NCBI GenBank assembly: GCA_023300125.1
Contig: JALZVY010000091.1
Span: forward strand, 1-59,378
Direction: 5' to 3'
Source: Phycisphaera sp.
Lineage (GTDB): Bacteria; Planctomycetota; Phycisphaerae; Phycisphaerales; Phycisphaeraceae
DNA: 59,378 nt
Positions 31,890-43,315 of this stretch are shown in pieces (the first letter of the stretch is position 1; each line of letters begins with the position of its first letter). The notes beneath the pieces are model-generated. The model was not told the origin of the DNA. It saw only the letters and a program-made list of their open reading frames with translations, and searched no databases. A program made the position numbers and the translations under genes.

Positions 31890-32991
31890 TGATTTTTTCG
31901 GGCGGGCTTGGGCCGCATGGGCGGTGGTGGGCTTCACAGCGTGCGCGGCAGCGGTGCCGGCCGCGGCGGGGGCGCTCGACGAAAGCCATGAGTCGCACGA
32001 TGACCCTGTGCACGCGGCGTGGGCGGATGAATCCGCGAAGGCATCAGGGGACGCTGCCGCGACGCTGTCGTTTTACTTCGAAAACGATGGCACCTTTGTC
32101 CGCCCCAACGAAAATACAGACCGCCACTACACCTCGGGACAGGGGGTGAGTGTGGCTTGGCAGGGCGGGGGGCGCGGGATCGCCGACGCGCTGGGGCTTT
32201 CGGCTGCGAACCGCACGGCCACCGGGTTGGTGCTGGCTCAGCAGATCTTCACGCCCGACAACATCTTTTTACCGCGGGAGGACGACGACCGGCCTTATGC
32301 GGGATACCTCTTCCTGGGTGGGTTTTGGCAGCGGCAAGACAGTAACCTGCTGGATCACGTGCAGATTGACGTGGGGGTCGTCGGGCCTTCGTCTTTGGCT
32401 GAGCAAACCCAAGAAGTGGTTCACGATATTTTTGATGCCGATGACCCGGACTGGAGCGGTCAGCTGGGCGACGAGTTGCAGGTGAACATCACGCTGCGCC
32501 GCAAGTGGCGTGTGGATCTGGGTGAATCCACCGTGGGCGGATATCCATTGGAATGGCAGCTGATTCCGCGTCTGGAAACCGACCTGGGCACCACCTACCG
32601 CCGGGCCGCGGCGGGCGGGGTGCTGCGTATGGGCTATCAGCTGGCGAACGATTTTGGCCCCGGCGGGCTGACCGACCTTGCCAGCGAGACATCCAACGAT
32701 TTTGCAAGCGTTCAATCGGGGCTTAGCGTCTTTGTGTTTGGCGAGGCCGTGGTCCGCTACGTGGAGTGGAACACCTTTCTCGACGGAAGCAATGGCCGCG
32801 ACCCGAGCCTGTCGGTGTCCAGCCAGCCCTGGGTGGGCGAATTTGGCGGCGGCTTTGGGGTTGAGTGGAAACGCGGCCGGGTGCACGGGCGGCTGGGATA
32901 CACCCAGACCTATTCGACCCGGGAGTTCGAGACGCAAAACGGGGGCAACACGATCGGTTCGATCGCGCTGCGCCTGGCGGTGGATTTTTGA
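31876..32991 (+). CDS. Lipid A 3-O-deacylase LpxR family outer-membrane barrel
   Basis: Signal peptide; FENDG, TDRHYTSG, QQIFTP, DRPYAGYL, GVVGPSSLAE..Q...H, NTFLDG; C-terminal Phe. Confidence 0.85.
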   Translation: MMLNDDFFGRAWAAWAVVGFTACAAAVPAAAGALDESHESHDDPVHAAWADESAKASGDAAATLSFYFENDGTFVRPNENTDRHYTSGQGVSVAWQGGGRGIADALGLSAANRTATGLVLAQQIFTPDNIFLPREDDDRPYAGYLFLGGFWQRQDSNLLDHVQIDVGVVGPSSLAEQTQEVVHDIFDADDPDWSGQLGDELQVNITLRRKWRVDLGESTVGGYPLEWQLIPRLETDLGTTYRRAAAGGVLRMGYQLANDFGPGGLTDLASETSNDFASVQSGLSVFVFGEAVVRYVEWNTFLDGSNGRDPSLSVSSQPWVGEFGGGFGVEWKRGRVHGRLGYTQTYSTREFETQNGGNTIGSIALRLAVDF

Positions 32992-33028
32992 CGCGGCGTT
33001 GTTGGCCAAACGCCAATGGGCGTGCATG

Positions 33029-33069
33029 AAAAAAGCCCGCGGCTGCTTGAAGCAGCCGCGGGCTTTTTT
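33029..33069. terminator. Bidirectional intrinsic terminator
   Basis: aaaaaagcccgcggctgctt-g-aagcagccgcgggctttttt. Confidence 0.88.
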
Positions 33070-33089
33070 GAATGCACAGGGGGGCGGGA

Positions 33090-34178
33090 TTAGCGCTTGA
33101 TGCGGGCCGAACCGCCGCCGGCGACATGCTCCAGCTCTTTGAGATTGAGCTGGCTGGTGTCGCCGCGGGTGGACATGATCAACGCGCCGTGGGCCACGCC
33201 CAAATCGACGCAGCGCTGGGGCTCTTGGCCCGTCAAGAAGCCGTAGGTGAAGCCCGAGGCGAAGCCATCGCCGCCGCCCACGCGGTCTTCGATCTCTAGG
33301 CGGGGGAAGTCCAGGCCTTGGTAAAACACGCCGTCGTTCCACATGATGGCCGACCAGTCGTTGATCAGTGCGGTCTTCACGCTGCGCAGCGTTGTTCCCA
33401 CGACTTTGATGTTCGGGAAGTCGGCCACCACTTTGTCCACCATGGCCTTGAACGCGCCGGTGTCCAGGTCGGCGTCGGACTCGATGTCGACGCCCTCGAC
33501 GTGATAGCCCAGCACCTTCTCGAAGTCTTCTTCGTTGCCAATGAGGCAGTCGATGTAGGGCACCAGCGGTTTGGTGGTGGCGATGGCGGTTTCCGAATCC
33601 CAAAGCCGGCCGCGGAAGTTCAGGTCGTAGGACACGATCGTGCCCGCCTCGTGGGCGGCCTTGACGGCTTCGGCCACCACCAAGCGGGTCGATTCGGACA
33701 GGGCGGTGAAGATGCCGCCGGTGTGCAGCCAGCGGACCCCGCGGGTCTGGAACAGGTGTTTCCAGTCGACTTCGCCGGGCTGGATGCCCGCGGTGGCCGA
33801 GTGGCCACGGTCATAGAGCGTGGCGGCCCCGCGCTTGGACACGCCGACTTCGGTGAAATTAAGCCCCACACGGTCTTTGAAGCCGAATCCGTCGTAGTCG
33901 CGGTTGACCACGTGCGAGACATCGACACCCGCCGAGCGGGCGTGGTTGGTCACGATCGCGCCCATGGGCGAGGTGTTGAGGCCGCCCACCCAGCCGGTGC
34001 GCAGGCCCAGGCGGGCCAGGGCGTACGCGACGTTGTATTCGCCACCGCCGACCGACACTTCCAAGGTGTTGGCGAACTCGATGCGGCCGTGAGCGGGTGG
34101 TGAGAGGCGAAGCATGCACTCACCCAGGGAAACCAGGTCGAGTTCACATTCTTCGGCGGGGCGGATGTTCAGAGGCAT
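33090..34178 (-). CDS. kdgK: PfkB sugar kinase, 2-keto-3-deoxygluconate kinase-like
   Basis: LGECMLRLSP, GGGEYNVA, SYDLNFR..LW, GNEED, DRVGGGDGFASG. Confidence 0.8.
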   Translation of the reverse strand: MPLNIRPAEECELDLVSLGECMLRLSPPAHGRIEFANTLEVSVGGGEYNVAYALARLGLRTGWVGGLNTSPMGAIVTNHARSAGVDVSHVVNRDYDGFGFKDRVGLNFTEVGVSKRGAATLYDRGHSATAGIQPGEVDWKHLFQTRGVRWLHTGGIFTALSESTRLVVAEAVKAAHEAGTIVSYDLNFRGRLWDSETAIATTKPLVPYIDCLIGNEEDFEKVLGYHVEGVDIESDADLDTGAFKAMVDKVVADFPNIKVVGTTLRSVKTALINDWSAIMWNDGVFYQGLDFPRLEIEDRVGGGDGFASGFTYGFLTGQEPQRCVDLGVAHGALIMSTRGDTSQLNLKELEHVAGGGSARIKR

Positions 34179-34333
34179 GAATTAAGCTCGGGGCAGAGGC
34201 TCGGAGGCGTGGCCTGGCGACAGACCGTGAGTGCAGAAACAGTGGCAGTATGAACGCTCAAATGATTTAAACCAAGACTTCTTCGCGGACTTCTTGGGTC
34301 ACACGTAGCGTCAGTGGACCCTTGCGGCGGGTT

Positions 34334-35098
34334 TTAGTGGGTGTCGTGGCCGGCGGGGGCGTGGTGCTCGTGGCCGGCATGGTCCGCATGGTCGTGTGCA
34401 GGGGGGGGCTGGTTCAGGTTTAGCTCGAGATCGCTGGCCAGCGGGGCGATGTCGGTGGCCTGGTATCCCTGGCCGCGCGTGACTTCAAACCGCAATTCGA
34501 TTTTGTCACCGATTTCGAGGTTGTCCAAGGAGACGCCCGGAGCGGTCGGAAAGCCCATGGTCATCTCGGGCATCGGGGCCGAGGCCCCGTTGTGACCGAT
34601 GAACGCGGGAATGGCCTCGTGGTGGACCATCAGACCCGAGGCGGGGTTTCCGGCCTGGGGAAGGGCCTTGACCACCCCGCGAACCCGGTAGACGTCGACG
34701 GGGGTTTGGTTGTGGTCAGACGGGGCCTGGTTCAGGTTGAGCTCGAGATCGCCGGCCAGCGGGGCGATGTCGGTGGCCTGGTATCCCTGGCCGCGCGTGA
34801 CTTCAAACCGCAATTCGATTTTGTCGCCGATTTCCAGGTTGTCCAAGGAGACGCCGGGGGCGGTCGGAAAGCCCATGGTCATCTCGTCCATCGGTTGGGG
34901 GGTGCCGTCGTGCCCGATGAACGTGGGAATGGCCTCGTGGTGGACCATCAGGCCCGAGGTCGGTTTTCCAGCCTCGGGAAGGGCTTTGACCACGCCGCGA
35001 ACTCGGTACACGTCGACCGGGGCGGGTTCTTCCGCGCAGCCCAGCGGCAGCAGGGTGAAGGTGAGCAGTAGGGGGGCGAGGCGGGCAAAAGGGGGCAT
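34334..35098 (-). CDS. CusF-like copper-binding lipoprotein, tandem domains and His-rich tail
   Basis: Lipobox LGC; 2x (YRVRGVV...VHHEAIP.F...M..MTMGF...LEIGDKIELRF); tail HDHADHAGHEHH. Confidence 0.8.
   Translation of the reverse strand: MPPFARLAPLLLTFTLLPLGCAEEPAPVDVYRVRGVVKALPEAGKPTSGLMVHHEAIPTFIGHDGTPQPMDEMTMGFPTAPGVSLDNLEIGDKIELRFEVTRGQGYQATDIAPLAGDLELNLNQAPSDHNQTPVDVYRVRGVVKALPQAGNPASGLMVHHEAIPAFIGHNGASAPMPEMTMGFPTAPGVSLDNLEIGDKIELRFEVTRGQGYQATDIAPLASDLELNLNQPPPAHDHADHAGHEHHAPAGHDTH
34411..35017. repeat. Intragenic tandem duplication, period 318 bp
   Basis: 34411-34699 is nearly identical to 34729-35017 at the nucleotide level. Confidence 0.9.
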
Positions 35099-35435
35099 CG
35101 GGTCACTCCGAAAGGCGGGGGTTTGGGGCGTTGTGGGGGATCTGAGTCGTAAACGCCGGAGGGAAAGGCCAATCTTAGCAGTCGCGCCGGGCCTGCACGG
35201 CTTGGGAGGAGGGGGCTGAGGTGGAAGGAGGGGAGGGCGATGTGGGTGAAATGGGGCCAGGACGGGTGATAATGCGGTTGGAGCAAAAAAATCATGAGTG
35301 CGGGCAGGCCGGCTTGACGCGGCGGAGATTTTGTGATTTAATCCCTCCCCGCTCGCGACCGGCACCCGCCGGAAACGCCCAGCGGATTTGTTCCTCGGAA
35401 CAGCCTCAAAAGAGACTTTAAACCGTTTCTCAGAG

Positions 35436-35646
35436 GACTTGACAGCTTCAATGGCTTCCCTATGATGTCCGACCCCCTGCCGCAAGGCAGGGCCAGGATG
35501 TCTGCTCCGGTAGCCGTTCAGTGCTGAAAAGCACGCTTTTAAAAGCGTACTTGACAGCTTGGATGGCTTCCCTATGATGTCCGACCCCCCGCCGCGAGGC
35601 GGGGCCAGGATGTCTGCTCCGGCAGCCATTGAGTGATGAAAAGCAC
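35436..35646 (+). promoter_or_regulatory. Tandem rRNA promoters (duplicated ~100-bp unit, period 112 bp)
   Basis: TTGACA-16-TATGAT at 35439/35461 and at 35551/35573, each followed by a similar GC hairpin; boxA-like gatctttgacaa at about 35682. Confidence 0.88.
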
Positions 35647-36055
35647 TTCTCTCTTGAAGAGGAATCGCTTTCCATCGCAGCAGATCTTTGACAAGTGGAC
35701 AGTTGGGAAATCGCCGCGAGGATGTGCCTCCGCCGGTCAGCCGTCACAGGCTGCCGGCGGCGGAAAAAATCTCCAACGCCATGTCACTTCACGGTGCATG
35801 GTTTGGGCACATCTTTGTGGATCGGCATGCGTCATTCACAGGACGCATGCTTAAAGGATGTGAGTAACCCAAAAAAACTCCTCCGGGCTCTTAGCCGACT
35901 CGGAGGGCAGCGGGGCGAACCCTTGTGGAGGGTCCCGCTGTAATGACCGCCTCGAGCTACCTGATCGCAATAGCGTGATGGAGTTCGAGGTAACAGGTTC
36001 ATCTTTATTGAAGACAACCGCCGACCACTTTGAGGGTTGGCTCGTCAACAAAATT

Positions 36056-37574
<1,519 letters not shown>

Positions 37575-37777
37575 GATTTCCTTAGACGTGAAAGCGTCGA
37601 ACGAAGCAAACCGTTTTGGTTTGTGGGATGTCGGCCTGCGGAGCGATCCGCGTCACGATTCTGTTAACTCACCCTCGCCCGGAATGGTCTTTGGACCGAC
37701 CCGGATAATCGCACGGTAACGTGTGGTGAAGGCAATAACCCAACTGTCCGCTTGTCAGCGATCCGCTGCACGAGCTT

Positions 37778-37813
37778 AAACCCGCTAACTGTATTTACAG
37801 TTGCGGGTTTTTT
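37778..37813 (+). terminator. rRNA transcript terminator
   Basis: aaacccgc-taactgta ttt acagttgcgggtttttt hairpin plus U tract. Confidence 0.8.
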
Positions 37814-37931
37814 CGTGCGCGCGTCGAGCGTGCGCATGTGGAGCGTGCGCGTGTTGAGCGAGGGTGGGGGACTCGATGGGTGTTGTTCCACTTGTGGATG
37901 CGGTTGCCGGTTAACCCCTAGAATGGTGGCC

Positions 37932-38138
37932 ATGAGTCAACGCAAAACCCGTGACCGCAAGGCGAAAAAGAAACGCTGGAAACAGCATCAATCCGCGGGG
38001 GAGACCGGCGGTGGTGGGGGATCGGTGCGTGATCCGTCCACGCGCGTGACCGGGCCGCTGGCCACGATCGTGGGGCTGTCGGTTGTTGGCGTGGCGGTCG
38101 TGGTGGTGGCGCTGCTCATTTTCAATATTTTGACGTAG
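37932..38138 (+). CDS. Small membrane protein (basic N-terminus, C-terminal TM)
   Basis: MSQRKTRDRKAKKKRW...GLSVVGVAVVVVALLIF; TAGAAT lies 7 nt upstream of the ATG. Confidence 0.6.
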   Translation: MSQRKTRDRKAKKKRWKQHQSAGETGGGGGSVRDPSTRVTGPLATIVGLSVVGVAVVVVALLIFNILT

Positions 38139-38352
38139 GTGACGCGGCATTTGGTGTGCGTGTAATTCTTGGGGCCAACAGACAAGGCGTCTCAAGTACT
38201 GTCGACGTCGGTGCACGTGACGCCGTGATGCGAGTTGCGTTGGCGCGTGTCGGCCGGCGCCAGTGAATCAGCGTTTTGTGTGTGCGGCAAAGCCTTCAGC
38301 GACGCGATGGGCCTAAGGTCTTAGCGTGTTTGAGATAAACCCAGGAGACGTG

Positions 38353-39378
38353 ATGCGAAAAACCATGTTGGCGCTTTTGGGGGGCTGTGTTGTGTGGGTA
38401 GCGCCCATGCGGGTAGTTTGCCTGGCGGACGAAGCCCCCGCGGGGATGGTGTGGGTGCCTGCGGGTGAGTTCGAGATGGGGTCTGACGCCCAAGGGGCGT
38501 GGGCCAACGAACGGCCGGCCCACCGCGTGAAAACCAGCGGGTTTTGGATCGATGAAACCGAGGTGACCAACGACCAGTTTGCCGCTTTTGTGGCGGACAC
38601 CAGCTACGTGACCGTGGCCGAACGCCCGGTGGACTGGGAAATGCTGAAACAGCAGCTGCCGCCCAGCACCCCCAAGCCGCCGCCGGAGATGCTGCAGCCA
38701 GGGGCGTTGGTCTTTCAGTCCACCAAGCAGCCCGTGGCGTTGGACCAGCCCGGGCATTGGTGGCACTGGACAGATCAGGCGAGTTGGCGTCATCCCGAAG
38801 GTCCTGGCAGTGACTTGGCAGGTCGCGGCAACCACCCGGTGGTGCAGGTGGCCTGGGACGATGCGGTGGCCTACGCGCGCTGGGCCGGGAAGCAGCTGCC
38901 CACCGAGGTGCAGTGGGAGCGGGCGGCGCGTGGAGGCACCGATACGCGCTACAGCTGGGGCGACGAATTGAAACCGGGTGTGGTCAATACCTGGACCGGT
39001 CGTTTTCCCAACCGAAACACCGAGGAGGACGGGTACTTTCGTACGGCGCCGGTGAAGACCTACCCGCCCAACGACTTGGGGGTGTACGAGACCGCGGGCA
39101 ACGTGTGGGAGCTGTGTCGGGATTTTTACCGCGACGACCGCAACGCCCGCCTTGCAACGCTGGATTCGCCGATGGACCCGCCTTTGCCTCAAGAGAGCCT
39201 CGACGCAGCCAACCCCGGTGTGGCGACACGGGTGATCAAAGGCGGTTCGTATCTGTGCCATGTGGATTACTGCGAGAGCTACCGACCGTCGGCGCGCCGC
39301 GGAACCACGCCTGATACGGGGTTGAGCCATACGGGTTTTCGGTGTGTGATCGAACCGGCCGCGAGCCCAACACCTTGA
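38353..39378 (+). CDS. Formylglycine-generating enzyme family (SUMF1) protein
   Basis: FEMGS, ERPAHRV, EVTNDQF, HPVVQVAWDDA, LPTEVQWERAARGG, GNVWE, GGSYLCHVDYCESYR with the catalytic-type Cys pair. Confidence 0.92.
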   Translation: MRKTMLALLGGCVVWVAPMRVVCLADEAPAGMVWVPAGEFEMGSDAQGAWANERPAHRVKTSGFWIDETEVTNDQFAAFVADTSYVTVAERPVDWEMLKQQLPPSTPKPPPEMLQPGALVFQSTKQPVALDQPGHWWHWTDQASWRHPEGPGSDLAGRGNHPVVQVAWDDAVAYARWAGKQLPTEVQWERAARGGTDTRYSWGDELKPGVVNTWTGRFPNRNTEEDGYFRTAPVKTYPPNDLGVYETAGNVWELCRDFYRDDRNARLATLDSPMDPPLPQESLDAANPGVATRVIKGGSYLCHVDYCESYRPSARRGTTPDTGLSHTGFRCVIEPAASPTP

Positions 39379-39395
39379 AGAAAATCAATGATGTC

Positions 39396-40460
39396 ATGAG
39401 CCGGTGGTTGGCGATGGCGTGCGCGCTGGGTGGCGCGGCGCTAGTGGGGGCGTGCGCTCGCGGACCGGACTTCGATCAGCTCAAGACAGCGGGGCCTGAG
39501 CCTCAAAAAGAAGCGGCGGCGGCGGTGGTGTCCGACACCGGCTCGATCCAACTGCTGCGTCGGGGCGGGTACTTGTTGGCGGAGGCTGAAATCCACGGCG
39601 TGGCGGTGGGGCCGATGTTGATCGACACCGGGGCGTCGCTGGGGGTGGTGGCCCAGGGGGTGGCGGGCCGTCTGAACTTGCATAAAAACGGCCGCGGCCG
39701 CACCGTGGGCGTGGGCGGGTTGGAGTCGTTTGACTATGTCGAGGTGGATCGCATCACGCTGGGGCCCGGACGACCGCCGCAGACGCGGCTGGGGCTTCCC
39801 GCCGGGCGGCGAGCGGCACTAAATCTGCGCAGGTTTGATAAGTCTTTGCGGGCGGGGATCACCGGGATTGTGGGTTTCAATGAGTTGTCGCCACGGCCTT
39901 TCACCCTCGACGCGGCGGCGCAGACGCTGACGGTGCACGACCCCTCGGCGTTTCGCCCGCCCCGCGATGCGGCACGCGAGCGGCTGGAGTTGTACCGCGG
40001 GTTGCCGCTGGTGCGGGCAGAAATCCGATCGGGCCGCGGGCCGGTGACGGTGTGGCTTCTGATCGATTCGGGCGCGGACCGCGCGATCACGCTGCCCGAC
40101 ACGCTGCTGCGTGATCATCCGGGCCTGGCGGCCACGCGTTTTTCGGGCCGCGGACGCACCCAAGGGGTGGGCGGGGGGGTCGCAAGCACCCAAACCTGGT
40201 TGGGGCAGATCCGTCTGTTTGGATTGAATCTGGAGTCTTTGCCGGTGAGTTTTGAACCCCCGCCGCCGACGCTGAGCCACGGCGAGACCGGGCTGCACAT
40301 CGGCCGGGTGGGTAACCAGTTGTTGCAGCACCTACGGATAACCTTCGACGCGCGGCGGCGGTGGGTGTACGTGGGTTGGGCGGGGCGTGACGATGACCTG
40401 CTCGGGGCTAGACCACATCCGCAAAGTCTCGGGCCGCAGCGCGCGGTGGGCGGCGGTTGA
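39396..40460 (+). CDS. Lipoprotein with tandem retropepsin-like aspartyl protease domains
   Basis: LVGAC lipobox; MLIDTGAS...GIVG and LLIDSGAD...GRVG. Confidence 0.8.
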   Translation: MSRWLAMACALGGAALVGACARGPDFDQLKTAGPEPQKEAAAAVVSDTGSIQLLRRGGYLLAEAEIHGVAVGPMLIDTGASLGVVAQGVAGRLNLHKNGRGRTVGVGGLESFDYVEVDRITLGPGRPPQTRLGLPAGRRAALNLRRFDKSLRAGITGIVGFNELSPRPFTLDAAAQTLTVHDPSAFRPPRDAARERLELYRGLPLVRAEIRSGRGPVTVWLLIDSGADRAITLPDTLLRDHPGLAATRFSGRGRTQGVGGGVASTQTWLGQIRLFGLNLESLPVSFEPPPPTLSHGETGLHIGRVGNQLLQHLRITFDARRRWVYVGWAGRDDDLLGARPHPQSLGPQRAVGGG

Positions 40461-41874
40461 TGCGGTGGACGATGGCCCGCAGACGTGACACCGCCCGGCG
40501 GTAGGCGCGGCTTTCGGTCGGTGTGTAGTGGTGGCCGATGTTTGTGATCCGGTGGTTGACGGTCAGGCCGGTGACCTGCGGGAAGCGGCTGGGGGTGTGT
40601 TCGCGTTGCCGCGCGAAACGCGTGCCGCTGGGGATTTCAAAGCGGCGGAGGGACACCCGTTCGATGTACGGCTCGTGTTCCCAGAGAAAAGCGGCCGAGG
40701 CTTCGAGGTCGGCGGCGTCTTCATCGGGGTATCCCATCATCATCGTGGCGCGGACGCTGATGTCGGCTTCGCTTGCGCTGCGCAGGAAGCGGCGTGTGGT
40801 GGCCAGGTCGGTTCCTTTGTTCATGGCGTCCAGCACGCGCTGACTGCCCGACTCGATCCCGGTGGTCACTCGCACCATGCCCGCTGCGCGGGCTTGCTTT
40901 AACGCGTCGAGGCTGAGGCTATTTTCGGATTTTGCGTCGACGTGAACCGTGGCGATCCATGTCGCCTTGGGCACCATGTACGGCATGTTTTCAATGATCG
41001 CCTGCCACATGCCGAGGTTGGAATTGAGATTTATATCTTTGAAGACGAATCGGTTGGATTTGTGTCGGGCGTGTTGGTGTCCCACTTCGTTCATCACATT
41101 GTCGGCGCTGCGCGAGCGAAACGTGCGTCCCGTGGTGCTGGTGACGTCCGAGCAAAATGAGCATTCCCCCCAGCCGCAGCCGCGGCCGGTGAGGATGGGC
41201 ACGATCGCGTTGGGGTAATGGGCCCACGGAAAGTCGCTGTAATCCGGGAAGGGGATGTCGTCGAGATTGTGGAGCGGCGGGGCTTCGAGGGTGAGTTGTC
41301 CGTTTTGGTGCCAGATCCCGCGTTGCTTCACGGTTTTCTTGCTGATCACTTCATGGACGATGTGGCACAGGTTGGGTTCGACCTCTCCTCCGATCAATGC
41401 GGCCAAGCCCGGGGTGTCCATCCACCGCTGGGCGACCTCGTGCCCGTGGAAGGAGTCTCCGCCCAGAATCATGGGGATACCGCGGTCGCGGCAGACTTGA
41501 CCCATCGCAACGCAGTGGGGGTGAGATGTGAGATCGGTTGAAATCAAGACCGCGTCGTAGCCCGTGTCGAGATAACGGGCGAAAGCCTCGGCCAGCGCGC
41601 GTGTTTCTGCGGCCAATGCTTCAGCGTTTCGCTTGGCTGTTCGCTGGCCAACGGCCTGGATCCATGGCTGACGGATGGCCTGGGTGCGGTAGCGCCATTC
41701 TTCGCTCCACCGGTGCCAGATCGTGGGACGCGACGCGCGGGGCATGTCGGTGGTCCCTGTGGGTACGTCTACGTGGAACCCGCCTTGGCGCAGCATGGCG
41801 GTGAAGTACCCCGTGGTGATGGAGGGGTAGCGTGCCAAGTGATGGAGATCAATGATTAGGACGCGTGAAGACAT
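40408..41874 (-). CDS. B12-binding-type radical SAM protein
   Basis: PFPDYSDF, GRGCGWGECSFC, GIESGSQRVLDAMNKG, MGYPDED. Confidence 0.85.
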   Translation of the reverse strand: MSSRVLIIDLHHLARYPSITTGYFTAMLRQGGFHVDVPTGTTDMPRASRPTIWHRWSEEWRYRTQAIRQPWIQAVGQRTAKRNAEALAAETRALAEAFARYLDTGYDAVLISTDLTSHPHCVAMGQVCRDRGIPMILGGDSFHGHEVAQRWMDTPGLAALIGGEVEPNLCHIVHEVISKKTVKQRGIWHQNGQLTLEAPPLHNLDDIPFPDYSDFPWAHYPNAIVPILTGRGCGWGECSFCSDVTSTTGRTFRSRSADNVMNEVGHQHARHKSNRFVFKDINLNSNLGMWQAIIENMPYMVPKATWIATVHVDAKSENSLSLDALKQARAAGMVRVTTGIESGSQRVLDAMNKGTDLATTRRFLRSASEADISVRATMMMGYPDEDAADLEASAAFLWEHEPYIERVSLRRFEIPSGTRFARQREHTPSRFPQVTGLTVNHRITNIGHHYTPTESRAYRRAVSRLRAIVHRINRRPPRAAARDFADVV

Positions 41875-42189
41875 GTTCGCTATTCAAAATCGTGAGATGG
41901 CAGCGCTTGGGGTCTGCACGATGCAGCGGGGTTGGCCGAACGGCATTTTCCTTATGAACTGAGCCGACAAGCTCCACTTGTCCACCCTGTGGCATGCGGT
42001 GGGGGGGCGTGCGATGTCGCGCATCAACCCCGCGCCCGCCATGGGCGGGCGTCGACAAGCAGGCCGAGGCGGACTAAACCGAGTATCTCGCCCAAAATGC
42101 GGGGGGCCACTTTTTTTTGCGGTCATTTTGACCGCGGCGTTGGGCTCACGTGGCTTGCGGGCCTGGTGGGAGGGGGCTTGGGCGCAATG

Positions 42190-42218
42190 AAAAACGGCCC
42201 GGACATTGCCGGACCGTG
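42190..42218 (-). terminator. Intrinsic terminator after the DUF1559 gene
   Basis: Minus strand acggtccggcaatgtccgggccgttttt. Confidence 0.55.
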
Positions 42219-42266
42219 ATTCGTCTGAGGTTGTCTGTGGCGACCGCGAAATACGCGGAGGGCGGC

Positions 42267-43199
42267 TTAGATGCCGTTGGCGTCGCCGCGGCCGTTCCAC
42301 ATGCCGTTGTCGGCTCGGCCGTCGCCGTCCGAGTCGTCGACAGAGGCCAGGTCCAGCGCCTCGGAGTGGCCGTCCGCGAAGGTGAAGCCTGCGACGCCGC
42401 CTTGGTTGCGTGGGGCGGGGGCCGAGCGAACGCTGTAGATGAAGTCGAGGTCGTAGCTGCCGGCGTTCTCGTTGGTTCCGCCTTCGTAGTACGAGCCACC
42501 CGAGTCGTTGGACCCACGGGCAGAGCCCAGCGGTGGGTCGATCACGTAGACGGCACTGCTGCCTTCGCCGGGGTCCCCGGAGGCGTTGCCGTCGCGTGAT
42601 CCGGCGGTGTCGCCCACGGCGATGGTGGCCGAGGGGGCGATGATTTCACGTTCTGCCCGGGCGTGGAAGGTGGGAGAAAAGCGGGCGTTGCCCAAGTACT
42701 GGAAGTTGTAGCCGTAGCCGCCGTGACGCGGTTCGCTGCCGGCGCTGGGGACCGGAGCGCTGGTGGGAATGGGCATCACGTCGCGGCGAGCGGCTTGGTC
42801 GGTGGGGGTGGCACTAAAGGTGTGAAAGAAGGGGTTGGTGAATCCCGAGTTCAGTTCGCGCTGATCGAGATTTGGGCTGAGGTAGACATCGGTGTTGCCC
42901 AGGTACCTAAAGAGGTAATCGGCCCAGCGGGGCTTGATGTTGCCACGGTTTGGGAAGGAGTCTCTCAGTGTGCTGTTGCCGGTGTCCGACGAGTGCATGG
43001 GGTAGTAGCCCTTGTTCTCGGTGTTGTAGGCCGCCAGGGCGATACCGATCTGGCGGAGGTTGGACAGGCTGGCGATTGAACGGGCGGTGCCGCGGGCGGC
43101 GCCCAAGGCCGGCAGCAGGATGCCGATGAGCAGCGCGATGATGCTGATGACCACCAGCAGTTCGATGAGGGTAAAAGCGCGGGCGGGGCGGAACGGCAT
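42267..43199 (-). CDS. Prepilin-type N-terminal cleavage/methylation (DUF1559-like) protein
   Basis: [45 protein letters not shown]. Confidence 0.92.
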   Translation of the reverse strand: MPFRPARAFTLIELLVVISIIALLIGILLPALGAARGTARSIASLSNLRQIGIALAAYNTENKGYYPMHSSDTGNSTLRDSFPNRGNIKPRWADYLFRYLGNTDVYLSPNLDQRELNSGFTNPFFHTFSATPTDQAARRDVMPIPTSAPVPSAGSEPRHGGYGYNFQYLGNARFSPTFHARAEREIIAPSATIAVGDTAGSRDGNASGDPGEGSSAVYVIDPPLGSARGSNDSGGSYYEGGTNENAGSYDLDFIYSVRSAPAPRNQGGVAGFTFADGHSEALDLASVDDSDGDGRADNGMWNGRGDANGI

Positions 43200-43315
43200 G
43201 GGAGCTCCAGTGTGAAAAGGCAGGTCGCGTTCATGATATTGAGACTGACTCGCATATGCAAGCCAGGAGGCTCGGAGCTCCGTCGCCGGGCCCGGGCAGC
43301 CCTACAATCCCTTCC

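Noticed and set aside
35099-35629. N-terminal extension of ORF 34334..35629
   Set aside because: It overlaps the rRNA promoters; the signal peptide and lipobox indicate a start at 35098.
41849-42219. Possible RiPP precursor peptide upstream of the radical SAM gene
   Set aside because: The short ORFs lack an RBS, leader/core structure or coding-like composition.
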